Below, one piece after another: positions 1-10,069 of a DNA stretch of 64,000 nt; position 1 is the first letter of the stretch; each line of letters begins with the position of its first letter. Origin of the DNA: Balanoglossus misakiensis (Eukaryota; Animalia; Hemichordata); NCBI GenBank assembly GCA_040954595.2, contig CM082583.2:4951374-5015373 (forward strand), written 5' to 3'. A program made the position numbers and the translations under genes. The notes beneath the pieces were generated by a model that ran no database searches, was not told the origin of the DNA, and saw only the letters and a list, made by a program, of their open reading frames with translations.

Positions 1-27
1 CTCAAAGCCTACATTGTACAGACCCTG

Positions 28-48
28 ACACACACACACACACACACA
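28..48 (+). repeat. (AC)n microsatellite
   Basis: Direct reading. Confidence 0.9.
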
Positions 49-765
49 ATGACTATACACACCATCAATAATCTGATCGCATCAGTATTTTCTATTCTTG
101 TTTATAAATACAGTCGTGTTTGCATCAGATGACATTATAAAAACAATTTAACAATGCAAAATTACTGATGACATGCATGTCGGGTATGACAGCTATGACA
201 TCACACGCGATGCAATTTTGTATGTCACACATCCCCTTTTTGTATCAGAAATGACTATAAAAGATGTTTTTATTGATATTCTGACAGTGCATAGCGATTA
301 CATTGATTATGTGTCACAGCCTCGTCATTGCTGTGATTGTATGTGCATGCATGGCATCAGCTGTTCCTTGAATATCGGCCATCCCAACTCAGCTCATTGT
401 TTCTCTCGTTTTCTGAAAACATAAATGCACACAGAGGTGCAACCCTGAAACATGTGTAATGGGGCAGAGAAGGTGAACATGTTTTTTGTGGAGACAAATT
501 ACAAATCCTGAATTAAAGAGACATGTTGGCCGTGACTTTGAAAGCCACGAGGGTGGCACGAAACATGGAAATACAGACACTTAAACGATAAATCTCCCTG
601 TGTTGGCCACAGATGTTGATGGTGTAACTGTAAGCCCCACAACTACTAAGCCACGATGCAGGATGGCCGGAACATTTTGGCTGTCAGCAAATTTGTCTCC
701 ATGGCAGGGATTTTGACGGAGATGCGTTTGTAAAACTGGTTCCTGTCCAGGGAAAGGGAAACATC

Positions 766-841
766 ATGTCTGGGTCAGGTGATGGCAAACCGATGATCAG
801 GATGACAGGCAGGGAGTACACAAAGTCACATCACACAGCTG
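766..841 (+). CDS. Candidate first coding exon of the nested SGNH gene (MSGSGDGKP...HHTA)
   Basis: ATG at 766 (ACATCATG); phase-1 donor G|GTAAGA at 841 joins in frame to 1300, giving a 551-aa protein. Confidence 0.5.
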
Positions 842-882
842 GTAAGACCTATGCCCCGTGGTATACACACATACTATACATG

Positions 883-965
883 TACACACACACACACACA
901 CACATGAATCTCTATCTCTCACACACACACACACACACAGTCACTCACTCACTCACTCACACACA
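883..965 (+). repeat. Compound (CA)n/(CACT)n microsatellite
   Basis: Direct reading; lies in the predicted intron of the nested gene. Confidence 0.9.
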
Positions 966-1299
966 TTGTCAAACACAGTCAAAGTCACTGCCAACAGCTC
1001 TTGATGATAATTGAGTATGCTAATATCAGTACGTAAAATCACTATTATCACAAACATCTCCAATGCCATACATGTACAAGGTACACAATCGTTATAGCTG
1101 CACCTATGCATTAAAAATGTTGGCCTATTCCAACATCATACCTGGTAGGTTTGTATTGCAGTGAAAAATACAATTTTTGAATTCTACATACTGCATACAA
1201 GTGGTTCACAACTTATCGTACCAGCCTTGCTCAAATGTCTATCAAGCGACATTATTCTTGTGGAGAGTGATGAAATAGCCCCTTTCTCTCGACTGACAG

Positions 1300-2879
1300 G
1301 TTCATTTGTACGGCTGAGCACACTGAAGAAAATCCTTCGGAAGTCACGCAAGAGATACATATTGGCGATGCTGTCCTTGCTCGTGATTGTAGGTTTGTGT
1401 CCAAAGCTGGCAAGAAAGGGATTCCTCACCGCCAGAACTGAGAGTAAAGTCGAGTTCAAGAAGGATGTGTCTGGCGGAAAAACAGACACGGCGAAAACCA
1501 CCACGAACCCAGACGACGGAACCCTGGAGTACAGAGTCTCCTCGATACTTAACAGAATTCAGGAAGAAAGAGGTTTCATGCGCCGCGCACTGAGAGACGT
1601 ACCGGTGAATATCAGGTACAACCACACATTGAAAGCGGCCGTCAGGAACTGGGGGAACGCGACGCGACTCGAACAAGCTCTGGTGGACGCCGTACGCAGC
1701 AAGAGAACGCTGAAGGTCGGCGTGGTGGGCGGCTCGATATCCGCGGGTGGCGGAATTTCGTGCAAGGAGTGCGTGTTTTCGTACATCCTTTGGAAGTCTC
1801 TGGAGAGAGTTCTTGGGAGCCCCGTGGAGATGCACAACGCGGCCGTGGGGGCCACAGACAGTCGATACTACACCTACTGCCTGGAGGCGCACTTGGACGC
1901 CCGGGAGATGGACCTGGTGCTCTGGGAGTTGGCCGCCGACGATTACAACAAGGGGGTCCCTCCGTCCGCGCAGGAGGAACTCACCAGGGCCATCCTGCAG
2001 CTGCCCAACCAACCGCAGCTCATTTACGTCAACTTCATATTTGGGAAGCAGATGAAGCTGCGATCGTGTGCAAACAGCGAAGATTCGGGCGGACACGACC
2101 TCAGCGTGTACTACGACATCCCTTCCATCAGCACGAAAGGTGTACTCTGTCATCAAATTAAGAAGGGTCCAGTTGATGACCTGGTGGCAAATGACGCCAA
2201 TCACCCCAGCAGCCTGGTGCATTCCATCATGGCAGTTCTGCTGAGAAATTTCGTCTTGGACATTCTTGAGAGGGTCACTCTGAGGATAAAGTCGTCGGAC
2301 ATTTCTCAGCTTGACAGCATGGCGAACGACATTCGGAACAGCGCCGATACGCAGAGCAGGACACTTCCCGAACCACTGTACAACGACACGTTCATCTTGC
2401 ACGCCCAGTGCTGGTCGTCGCTTCTGCCCCAATACGGCAGCGGCTACCACCTGATGCCGATCGTCTCGCACGGGTGGAGGGCCGTCGCCCTGACGGGAGC
2501 CCTCAACATGAACCGCACGGACTCCAAGAAGTGCTGGATCACGTCCAAACTGGGCACGGTCATCGTCTTCCCCCTGCGCATCAGACCCTATCGAAATCTC
2601 ACCTGTACGGTGGTGCTCTCCACTCTGACCTGCAACACCTGCGGTGCGGTCAAAGTTCACCTCGACAACCAAGTCAACAACACGGTCATCGTGGACAGCA
2701 AGTTTTCGGCACAAGTCACGCACACTCACGTCGTTGCCGTCGGCGTGTCTCCAGGAAAACACAACATCACCGTGGAGACCATCAATGACAAGTTTTTCCA
2801 ATTGGCTGCCATAATGACGGCTTACAACGCTAGCAGTGCGGATAAAAAGCATTCAAATCTCACAATAAATACACCATGA
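1300..2879 (+). CDS. SGNH/GDSL hydrolase-fold type II membrane protein, main exon; nested antisense in an MSH3 intron
   Basis: Long GC3-rich ORF. Basic stretch KKILRKSRKR then hydrophobic ILAMLSLLVIVGLC. SGNH blocks VGGSIS, NAAVGATDS, LVLWELAADD, NDANHPS. About 9 N-x-S/T sequons. Acceptor cctttctctcgactgacag| at 1299. Confidence 0.85.
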
Positions 2880-3113
2880 AACCATAAATTGAATCTTTCT
2901 GTTTGTGTGTGTGTATGACCTCACAAACATTGCTTTCTTGTACAATGCACATCACAGACAGGTGTTTAGGAAATAACCTTGACAAAACAATGGGCATATA
3001 GCAGCCAGATTGGATCGCATCATGAAACAAGTTTGTGTGTGTACATGTGTGATATAGCATGAATGAAATTTATTCTGCCACAGAAATTTTATATTATAGT
3101 CCAATCTTCCTAC

Positions 3114-3221
3114 CTGCAATAGCCATCTTGCTTGGCAACGGTTGCTAATGAATACAAGCAATCTAAGGTTGCTAGGTGACATACGGCTTGTCGGTAACTA
3201 TGGTAATGCTCCCCAAAGGAC
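3114..3221 (-). CDS. MSH3: MSH3 exon 16 (FGEHYH...[21 protein letters not shown])
   Basis: Conserved pre-ATPase motif; donor AG|GTAGGA opens an intron running off the left edge. Confidence 0.94.
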
Positions 3222-6200
3222 CTACAAGAAAAAGCATCACTAGTTCAATACATTTTCCAAGTAAATGACAGAAAATAAAATAAAATGACATTGATAACAA
3301 GTTTGATTCAGAAATTGAAATCAAAATATTGCAGAACTTTTCAAGAATAGCAAATGTTACCGGGTATACCCAATATTCAGACTCCATTACCGGGGCCAGT
3401 GTTCCTCATTTGTACTTACTCTAGAAAGTTGAGCCAAGCGTTGTTACAATCTATCTGCAACTGTTCTCTCAGCTGACAGAGTCTCTTGTAAGACGCCATG
3501 ATGAACGGACTGTGAAACCTTGAGACGGCTTTGGTGCTGTGTCGAGAAATCAAAGGAGATACTATAACATTTGACCATCAAATTTTTCCCCTTGAATTTC
3601 AAGAAAAGCTACCATTTTCTCAGGCATTTATTTGTAGCCCGTTGTATATATCATCTAGGTTGTTTTTTCAGTGTTAACTAACTACGCGCATGTGTACCAT
3701 GAAGGAAAAAAAATCATTACTCACTAACTGATTTTCATCCAGTCATCTGGTACCAGCTTCAGGTGTGCATTTCGGACCTCGATCAAATACTACCAGGATA
3801 TGAAAAGTTAAAATTCAAACAACAACATAGTCATACTAAAAGCTCGGGTTTTGTTAAAAGTAAATAAATGTAGAGGAATATTTAAATATACAATTATGGG
3901 CGATACAATCATGGCATAAGATATAATTTGACCCAATTTTCAAGATATGGAATGAAAAAATATATCTATCAAAAACTAAGATGTCAGTTTCTCCCACCTC
4001 TTGGCCAGACACAGTGACATAGTCCAGCGATGGATTTCTTAACGTCAGCCGGATTTCTCTTCTGTGCTTCAGTATATCTTGCTTCACCTTCTCAATTTCC
4101 TCCTTCCTATTGCCGATTACAGGATAATCACTCTCATTCACAAACAGCTTTGTTTTGTCGCCGTCTCTGTTGCAAGAAAAAAAGCAGGTGGCTTTGTGAG
4201 TGGGAAACGGACGAACAGACAGTCCAGCATAGACTGATTGTGATCAATGCTTTTTGGCCGCAATTTTCTTGTACTTTATAAAATAAATAGATAAATAAAA
4301 AAATAATTTTATTTATAAGTGCTTAAAGCCCCAGTATTTCTCGTGTTTATCCATTTTTCATCATCAAAAATTGTCCATTTTTCCTGTACATTCATCATGT
4401 AATACTACATAATGAAAGGTTTGGGCAACTGTAGCTACATGCAAGCCGTAAATATTGCCCGTAACACTTGAAATGATGCGCGGGTTTGTTTACGTTGCAT
4501 TCCGTATGTCAACAGAGCCTGACTTTCTGTTTCAAACAAAATTTATGCGAAAATGAGAAATACTGTGGCTTAGACAGTGATCAGAGGTTTCTCTGGAGAG
4601 AAGAGGATCACAAAGTACAGTCGACAATACGATATGTTGGTTTCGAGTTGTTGTCCTACACTTCTCCATATTGGATCCTAATCAGATTGAGCGAGATGGA
4701 GAGACGCAAAAGACAGAGAGATACAGACAGAGCCATAGAGACTTACTTGGCGGCTTGTTCAGAGATGGCGTCGGTGAATGCGTATACGTCATCCAGCAAT
4801 GTTGGTATCTCCGACAGACAGGTCTTCAACAATGATGATTTGATGTCTTGTTCCACCAACCCTTGTACGTTCTGTAACTCCTTGGCCAGTCTACTCAGTG
4901 TTCTGGTCACTGACAAAAAGTCTGCCGTCGAACTCTAAATTTAAAAAGATAATAAAAATGGGGCTCGGAAGAAAAAATCCAAATATTCTAGATTTTGTTT
5001 GGGGGGGGGGGGGATGAACAATGCCAGAATTAAATTTTTCTTTACCCTAATTTTTAATGCATTTATAGTTTTCATTGCAGGCACGTTTTTCTTTTTCCTA
5101 ATATTTATGAAAAAAAAAATTGAAAATGATCAAGGAATATTGATTCTTTATAAAAATAGAAAATATGATATATGTTGCACCCTTGGAAAATGAGGGAAAT
5201 TTTGGAGACTTGAAAAAAACATAATTACCTTTTTATGATATATGCTGCATAATCCTTTCTCGATATCTGGCATTTTGGACATTAAAACTTTGACTTGATT
5301 AATCACTGAACTTGACGAATTCATGATTTCTGTGATGGCATCCTGTCTCTCCTCTATCTCACTGTTTCAAAACAAAAATAAAACAAGATGTGAAGTGTTT
5401 TTAATCTTCTCCGTGCAACTGGTGGGAAATAATTTTCTGTTGAAAATTTGTCTCGTCTCACCTGGTGCTCAGGAGTGGTTTGGAGAGCCACTTCTTGAAA
5501 AGTCTCTGGCCAAATCTTGTTTTCGTCTGATCTAATATTGTGAAGAGAGTTCCTTTGCCACTGTCATCGGTCTGTTTGAGAGAGAGAGTGAGAGGGGGGG
5601 GGGGGGAAGAGGGAGAAGGGGAGACAGAGAGATGAATGCAAAATAACGATGCAGTGACATACGAGAACGCGAAAATTAATCCTCACGTAACAGTTGCCTC
5701 TTTTATATCGCGAAAATTTCCTGTTGCGAAAATAACCTGTATTACAGTACATGTATGTATAAAACAGTTGTACGATTGTGACACTGACATTATCAATTGC
5801 ATATAAGATGACAAAACTTTTTTATTGATAACTATTCGTTATCAAGTGTTCAACAGCATCAGTAAATACTACTGCCACTGTGCTGTGGAAGATCAGGGTA
5901 AGATGGCTATTTGTGGACAAGTAAAAACAACCCTTCCCATTTTAGCGCCCCCTATCAACAAAGAAGAAACTACTCTCGTTTCTGAAATCATATCACTTGT
6001 GCATTCTTACCTCATTCCGAAAAATTTCCAGATTTTTCAAAGTGCATGCATTGAGTTTCATGTGTTTGGTTTGAGACGAGAATGGCTGCACATTGCTGTA
6101 ACAGAAAAGTGGAGGGAATGAGAGAATCATAGTATAATTTGTCTCATAAACAATGAACAATCATAACTTGATATGATATGTAAAGCTCAAATGTAGAGGT

Positions 6201-9200
6201 CAATACATCCCTCGTTTTAGAGTTGTTTCTGGATGAGAAAACCAAAACACATTTGGCTTCAAGAACTGAGTAGCAGACATAAAAGTGGTCTGCACACATC
6301 AAAACAGAAAACATGTCCCCACCTAGTAAGTTTTAACACTTTTTCAAGGTGAAATTCTTGTAAATATTTGATAAGAGCGGCCAAGCAGCAGATCACAGGT
6401 TTTGGAAGATTGACCATCTCTTGCAATTTGCAACCTGGGAATAAAAAAACGCTATTAACACTATTTACATCATCAATGTTGGTGATTCCTGTTTAAAATA
6501 TTAATTTTGCACATTTGCTGTATGTGAAAGCAAACAGGACATCTCACTGCCTGTGATGATCAACAGTTCAGCATTCTCACCTTCACTGGGGCTGCTTGTC
6601 TTTGATCCACTGTTGTAAAAATCAGAAACCCTCTTGAAAGCCGAGTTGTACTCAAAAATGTCATCCTCCATCCTTTCAACTCGAATTCTGTCGTCTTTCT
6701 GAAAACTGAAAATAAAACAAGACATGTTTGTGGAAAATTTATCCTGCATTATTTTACAGACACAAAATGCCACATGTAATGAAATCAAAGCAGATGAAAA
6801 TTTCCTAAGTTATGGCAGCCAGTGTATATGTCATAATAATGGCAAAGTTGGTCCTACAGAGTCGACTAACCTGCTGGCAGTGATGGAGTTTATGATCTTC
6901 TCCGTCTTTTCCGACAACTCCATCGGTAGGAGCAATTCCACGGGCTGGATGTGACCAATTCTGGTTTCCAACTCGCTTCGAGTGTTGCCATCCGTGAATT
7001 CATCATAGATGATGTCACCAGTGGAGGGCAGAACAGCCTGAATAAAAATGGTCGCTTTTCATATATCATATTTACAGTTTCAGACAACACTGCAATACAA
7101 ACAAGAGACAAAATACATGTAGCGACAAAATAAGGCAACTTTTATCACATGAATGAAAAACTTACCACCAGCCCGAGTTGCACATCGTTAGGTTTTGGCG
7201 TTTTGGCGGTTGCTTCCATCACACACATGAGGTAGTTACTGTTCGTGTTTATAGTCGAGACATCAAAGTCTGTCTCACCGGTAGATGGGTCCACATGTAT
7301 GCACGAGTTAAGGTTTTTAACAATGTGAGGTAAACTTGTATTCATATTATGCATATGTAGAAAAGTATAAAGAAGTATTTCTGATTCTCAAATCACATTT
7401 GCGTGGCATGGGACAATTGAAACAGATAAGAGTGCTCTTGGCAGCAAAGAAAACAGTTTCTTTTATAACATAAATATACAGATGGTGACATATACATGTA
7501 TAAGGATATCCTCCCCGATGAGAGTAGCCTTGGTGTACAACCCTGATAACTTACGCGAAAACGGAGCGCTGCGGTTATCACCAGCGGCTTTCAAAGCGGC
7601 CGTTTCCGTCTGTTTGACCACGCCCACTTTATAGCCAGCACTGACCAGTCTCCTGACGTGAACGAAGAGTCTATGCACAGGTATGCTGGCTGTCATGAAG
7701 TTGTGGTCCAGGTGGCAGTAGATATTGAGTACCTTGGCTGCAATCTGGAAGCGAGAAGTACAGATTTCATGACCAATACCTGCTGTCACTGGTTTTTAGT
7801 ACACATTAACCCATTATTTTCATTGGGGTGGGTTAGGTGGGGTAAGATGTATCGGGTAGCCAGGGTCCCTGGTAAGGTTCCACTCAATGAGGCAATGAAG
7901 ATCACATTTATGTTAAGTAACCAAATTTTACCTCTGCGTCTTCTCCAAAGAACCTGTACTTGTATCCGCACTCCACCAGCAAAATGGCATTGGGATACTG
8001 TTCCTTGATTTCCATGAACTGCTGCTCCAGCGGAGTATATTTGGACTTACTCCTGGAAGCCTTTCCACCCGTCCTCTCATTCCCAGCTTTCCCCTTTCCC
8101 TGCTCCTTGTTTTTCGCCTCGAGGCCGAAGAGTTCACGAAGCTTGGTCTTGGCGGGCTTGTCCTCTGAGCCGTCCACTTCTTCCTTGCTATTGGCTTTTT
8201 CACCACCACCTGTATTTCCTACATGACTGACAGATGAACTTTCACCTGATGTTTCTCCTGCTGTATCATAACCTCCTGTTTTCTGGTTGGCCTTTTCTGT
8301 CCTCTTTGACTTGACGGTCGTTGCAACATCTTTGCCACTGCTCTGGTCGTTTGCAGAGAAGTTGCTGAGCCTTGATAGAGTGGCACTTGATATGTGGACT
8401 TTGCTGGACGTTGATGGAACAACTGCAGTGAAAAACCAAAATGCATGTGATGCCTGGGGATGTGTTCCAACCCCAAAAGACTTGCCAAAATGAATAATCA
8501 GTCTCTACCACCATTTATTCATTTGGCAATTGCAAGTAAACTTCTGTCCATGTTTATCTTATACAATGTACTCTACCTTCTGGTTCTTGATCTGACTTTG
8601 TTAGCAAACATGTTCTATTGGCCGAGTCAACTTTGGGTCTTTTACCAGATGGAGAATGCAGATCATCATCCAGTTCCACCACATCAACAATACTTCTCTT
8701 TCTGAATGGTGACTGAACTTTAACCTGTTGGGAGAATTCAGAACCATTGTTACATGTTAATCCCTTAAATGTCAGCTTTATTCTCACTATTTCTCAGTCA
8801 TAACATGCGTGTCATAACAACATGAATTGATGATCATGTTGATATTGTTTTTTTTTTTCATTCTTAATATGACATGTAATGCCAACATAAAAGCTACAGA
8901 TGATGCCTATTAAATCATAACGAATCGTTGGTTTGGCCGTGGTCAAAAGCCCCGCCCCGTCGTATATCTAATAACAAGGGACTGTGATTGAGTGAGTGAC
9001 AATCAACACATGGATGGTACAAGTGTTTAAAACATGATCATAACTATTCAAGGAACGAATCGCGTGTATTCTCACTCAGTTACAGGATTACAGTCAAGTG
9101 AATTACCGTTTTAACGCGCCCTTTAGCTGATTCTTCGTCGCTGTCGACTTTTTTCTGATTACCACTTTCTTTCTTATGCGCCGGTGTTGGACTGAAGAAT

Positions 9201-9292
9201 CTCGACAGAGTAAGTTGCTGCCCCCTTCCAGTTCCGGTTCCATTCGTACTGCCAGAAGCTTTCCGAAGTTTTCCAAGGTTAGGCTTTGGCAT
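3114..9292 (-). CDS. MSH3: DNA mismatch repair protein MSH3 (MutS-beta subunit), 16 coding exons, 3'-partial (C-terminal ATPase exons lie left of the window)
   Basis: Spliced frame has the N-terminal PIP box QLTLSRFF, MutS-I motifs YTPLEQQ...[16 protein letters not shown] and [17 protein letters not shown], and core motifs [18 protein letters not shown] and [10 protein letters not shown]. All 15 internal junctions keep frame; 2570 nt of CDS in the window. Confidence 0.97.
3420..3536 (-). CDS. MSH3: MSH3 exon 15 ([10 protein letters not shown]...WLNFL)
   Basis: Conserved motif; donor GA|GTAAGT. Confidence 0.94.
3725..3789 (-). CDS. MSH3: MSH3 exon 14 (YLIEVRN...VPDDWMKIS)
   Basis: Clamp-domain motif; TAG acceptor, GTGAGT donor. 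Confidence 0.9.
3998..4166 (-). CDS. MSH3: MSH3 exon 13 (GDKTKLF...YVTVSGQE)
   Basis: MSH3-typical GDKT.LF and YVTVSGQE; AG/GT sites. Confidence 0.93.
4747..4934 (-). CDS. MSH3: MSH3 exon 12
   Basis: Open 188-nt exon; TAG acceptor, AA|GTAAGT donor, in phase. Confidence 0.9.
5229..5361 (-). CDS. MSH3: MSH3 exon 11 (EIEERQDAI...[14 protein letters not shown])
   Basis: MutS core motif; AG/GT sites. Confidence 0.94.
5462..5571 (-). CDS. MSH3: MSH3 exon 10 ([28 protein letters not shown])
   Basis: MutS core motif; donor AG|GTGAG. Confidence 0.94.
5643..5749 (-). mobile_element. MITE family A, half copy in an MSH3 intron
   Basis: Reverse complement of the first ~105 nt of the 28614 copy, with one TIR plus TA. 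Confidence 0.75.
6011..6095 (-). CDS. MSH3: MSH3 exon 9 ([18 protein letters not shown])
   Basis: Start of MutS-III motif; donor GAG|GTAAG. Confidence 0.93.
6323..6434 (-). CDS. MSH3: MSH3 exon 8 ([25 protein letters not shown])
   Basis: Conserved motif; AG/GT sites in phase. Confidence 0.92.
6581..6705 (-). CDS. MSH3: MSH3 exon 7 ([16 protein letters not shown]...FY)
   Basis: MSH3-typical DDRIRVERM; AG/GT sites in phase. Confidence 0.92.
6871..7037 (-). CDS. MSH3: MSH3 exon 6 ([16 protein letters not shown]...QPVELLLP)
   Basis: MutS-II connector motif; AG/GT sites. Confidence 0.93.
7166..7296 (-). CDS. MSH3: MSH3 exon 5 (DVDP...NYLMCVME...LGLV)
   Basis: Follows the AC acceptor; donor GTG|GTAAG. 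Confidence 0.9.
7297..7509 (-). other. U12-type (minor spliceosome) AT-AC intron of MSH3, 213 nt
   Basis: 5' splice site ATATCCTTA; branch site CCTTAAC at 7313-7307; 3' end CATAC. Splicing restores GE-D-VDP in frame. Confidence 0.93.
7510..7744 (-). CDS. MSH3: MSH3 exon 4 (IAAKVLNI...TKATLIGE)
   Basis: MutS-I sequence; ends at the U12 donor G|ATATCCTTA. Confidence 0.95.
7932..8422 (-). CDS. MSH3: MSH3 exon 3 (...KYTPLEQQF...[14 protein letters not shown])
   Basis: Open 491-nt exon, tttttcactgcag acceptor, GAG|GTAAAA donor, MutS-I motif. Confidence 0.92.
8577..8724 (-). CDS. MSH3: MSH3 exon 2 (VKVQSPF...QEPE)
   Basis: CAG acceptor and GAAG|GTAGAG donor; frame-compatible with flanking exons; poorly conserved N-terminal region. 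Confidence 0.75.
9107..9292 (-). CDS. MSH3: MSH3 exon 1 (MPKPN...QLTLSRFF...RVKT)
   Basis: ATG at 9292, PIP box, donor ACG|GTAATT, phase 0. Confidence 0.88.
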
Positions 9293-9379
9293 GTTTTGCT
9301 TGCTTCGCCACCCCGATCTGCAAATTTGCAAATGGAAATGCCTCTTTTCAGGTTATGCTGAACACGTTGTGGTGTTTAT

Positions 9380-9870
9380 GTTTCTATTTGCCGCCATCTT
9401 GGCAGTTTTTCGGGCATATTTTCAGGAGGTTAGGGGTTTAGGACCGGCTAGGTGACCACTGATTTCAAAAGTTCGGAAGTTTACAAAAAAGTTGGCGCCG
9501 CCAGCGGTAATTGATTGACGGACTATCGATCGCCATTTTGTACTTTCCTAAGTTAGCAACTTTTCCTTTTATTTGTTCCCATTCACATGCAAACGAGGCA
9601 TGAACCTCCTTTCAGGGTAATCGGTCGGCCGTCACCTTCGCCCCTTTCGCAAGTGTTGACTAGTTAAGTTTTGAATGCCTGAACGTTTTAACAAACTGTG
9701 AATTTGCTCCCGTTGCCAGTAACTCACCATAAAGGTCTTCCGGGCGGGTGGACTGTACTTTGCGTGAAATTTACTCGGTGACCAGACTGTTGCCTAGGAT
9801 ACAGCGTGCCGTCTGCTGCTTCGTCTGCTATTCTCAGTTCGGCCAGAAAACACCTGGACCATTGGCAGGT
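9380..9870. promoter_or_regulatory. Candidate bidirectional promoter: MSH3 (-) and a + strand transcript
   Basis: CpG-richer stretch just upstream of the MSH3 ATG. YY1-type motifs GCCGCCATCTTG (9390-9401) and CGCCATTTTG (9531-9540). X-box-like GTTGCCAGTAAC (9712-9723) and GTTGCCTAGGATAC (9789-9802). Consensus + strand donor CAG|GTGAGT at 9868. Confidence 0.55.
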
Positions 9871-10069
9871 GAGTTTATTTCCCTCAAAGCTGACATTCTT
9901 CAGCGTTAATTAACCAAATGATCTTGACTAAGCACCAGTGTGAACTTAGTCAGTCCAGTCACAGGGACACACACATACGCTGCCATATTTTATCACTGCA
10001 GTGAGGCGAGGGGGACTCGACTGGTTGAGAACTTGTCTTGACTGGCGAAACGAAACAGGGTCTCAACAA

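Noticed and set aside
640-680. Possible next MSH3 exon (GRHP motif)
   Set aside because: Reads only xGHP on the - strand, with no matching context or splice sites
1161-1299. N-terminal 46 codons of the 572-aa ORF
   Set aside because: GTG start and intron-like composition ending in a pyrimidine tract and CAG acceptor; probably intronic
1344-2852. 502-aa ORF on the - strand, plus other overlapping ORFs in 1184-2788
   Set aside because: Antisense or frame shadows of the GC3-rich SGNH coding sequence; no recognisable motifs
10001-10069. N-terminus of the 449-aa RT ORF as a real start
   Set aside because: GTG start; the sequence belongs to the interrupted palindromic element, not ORF2
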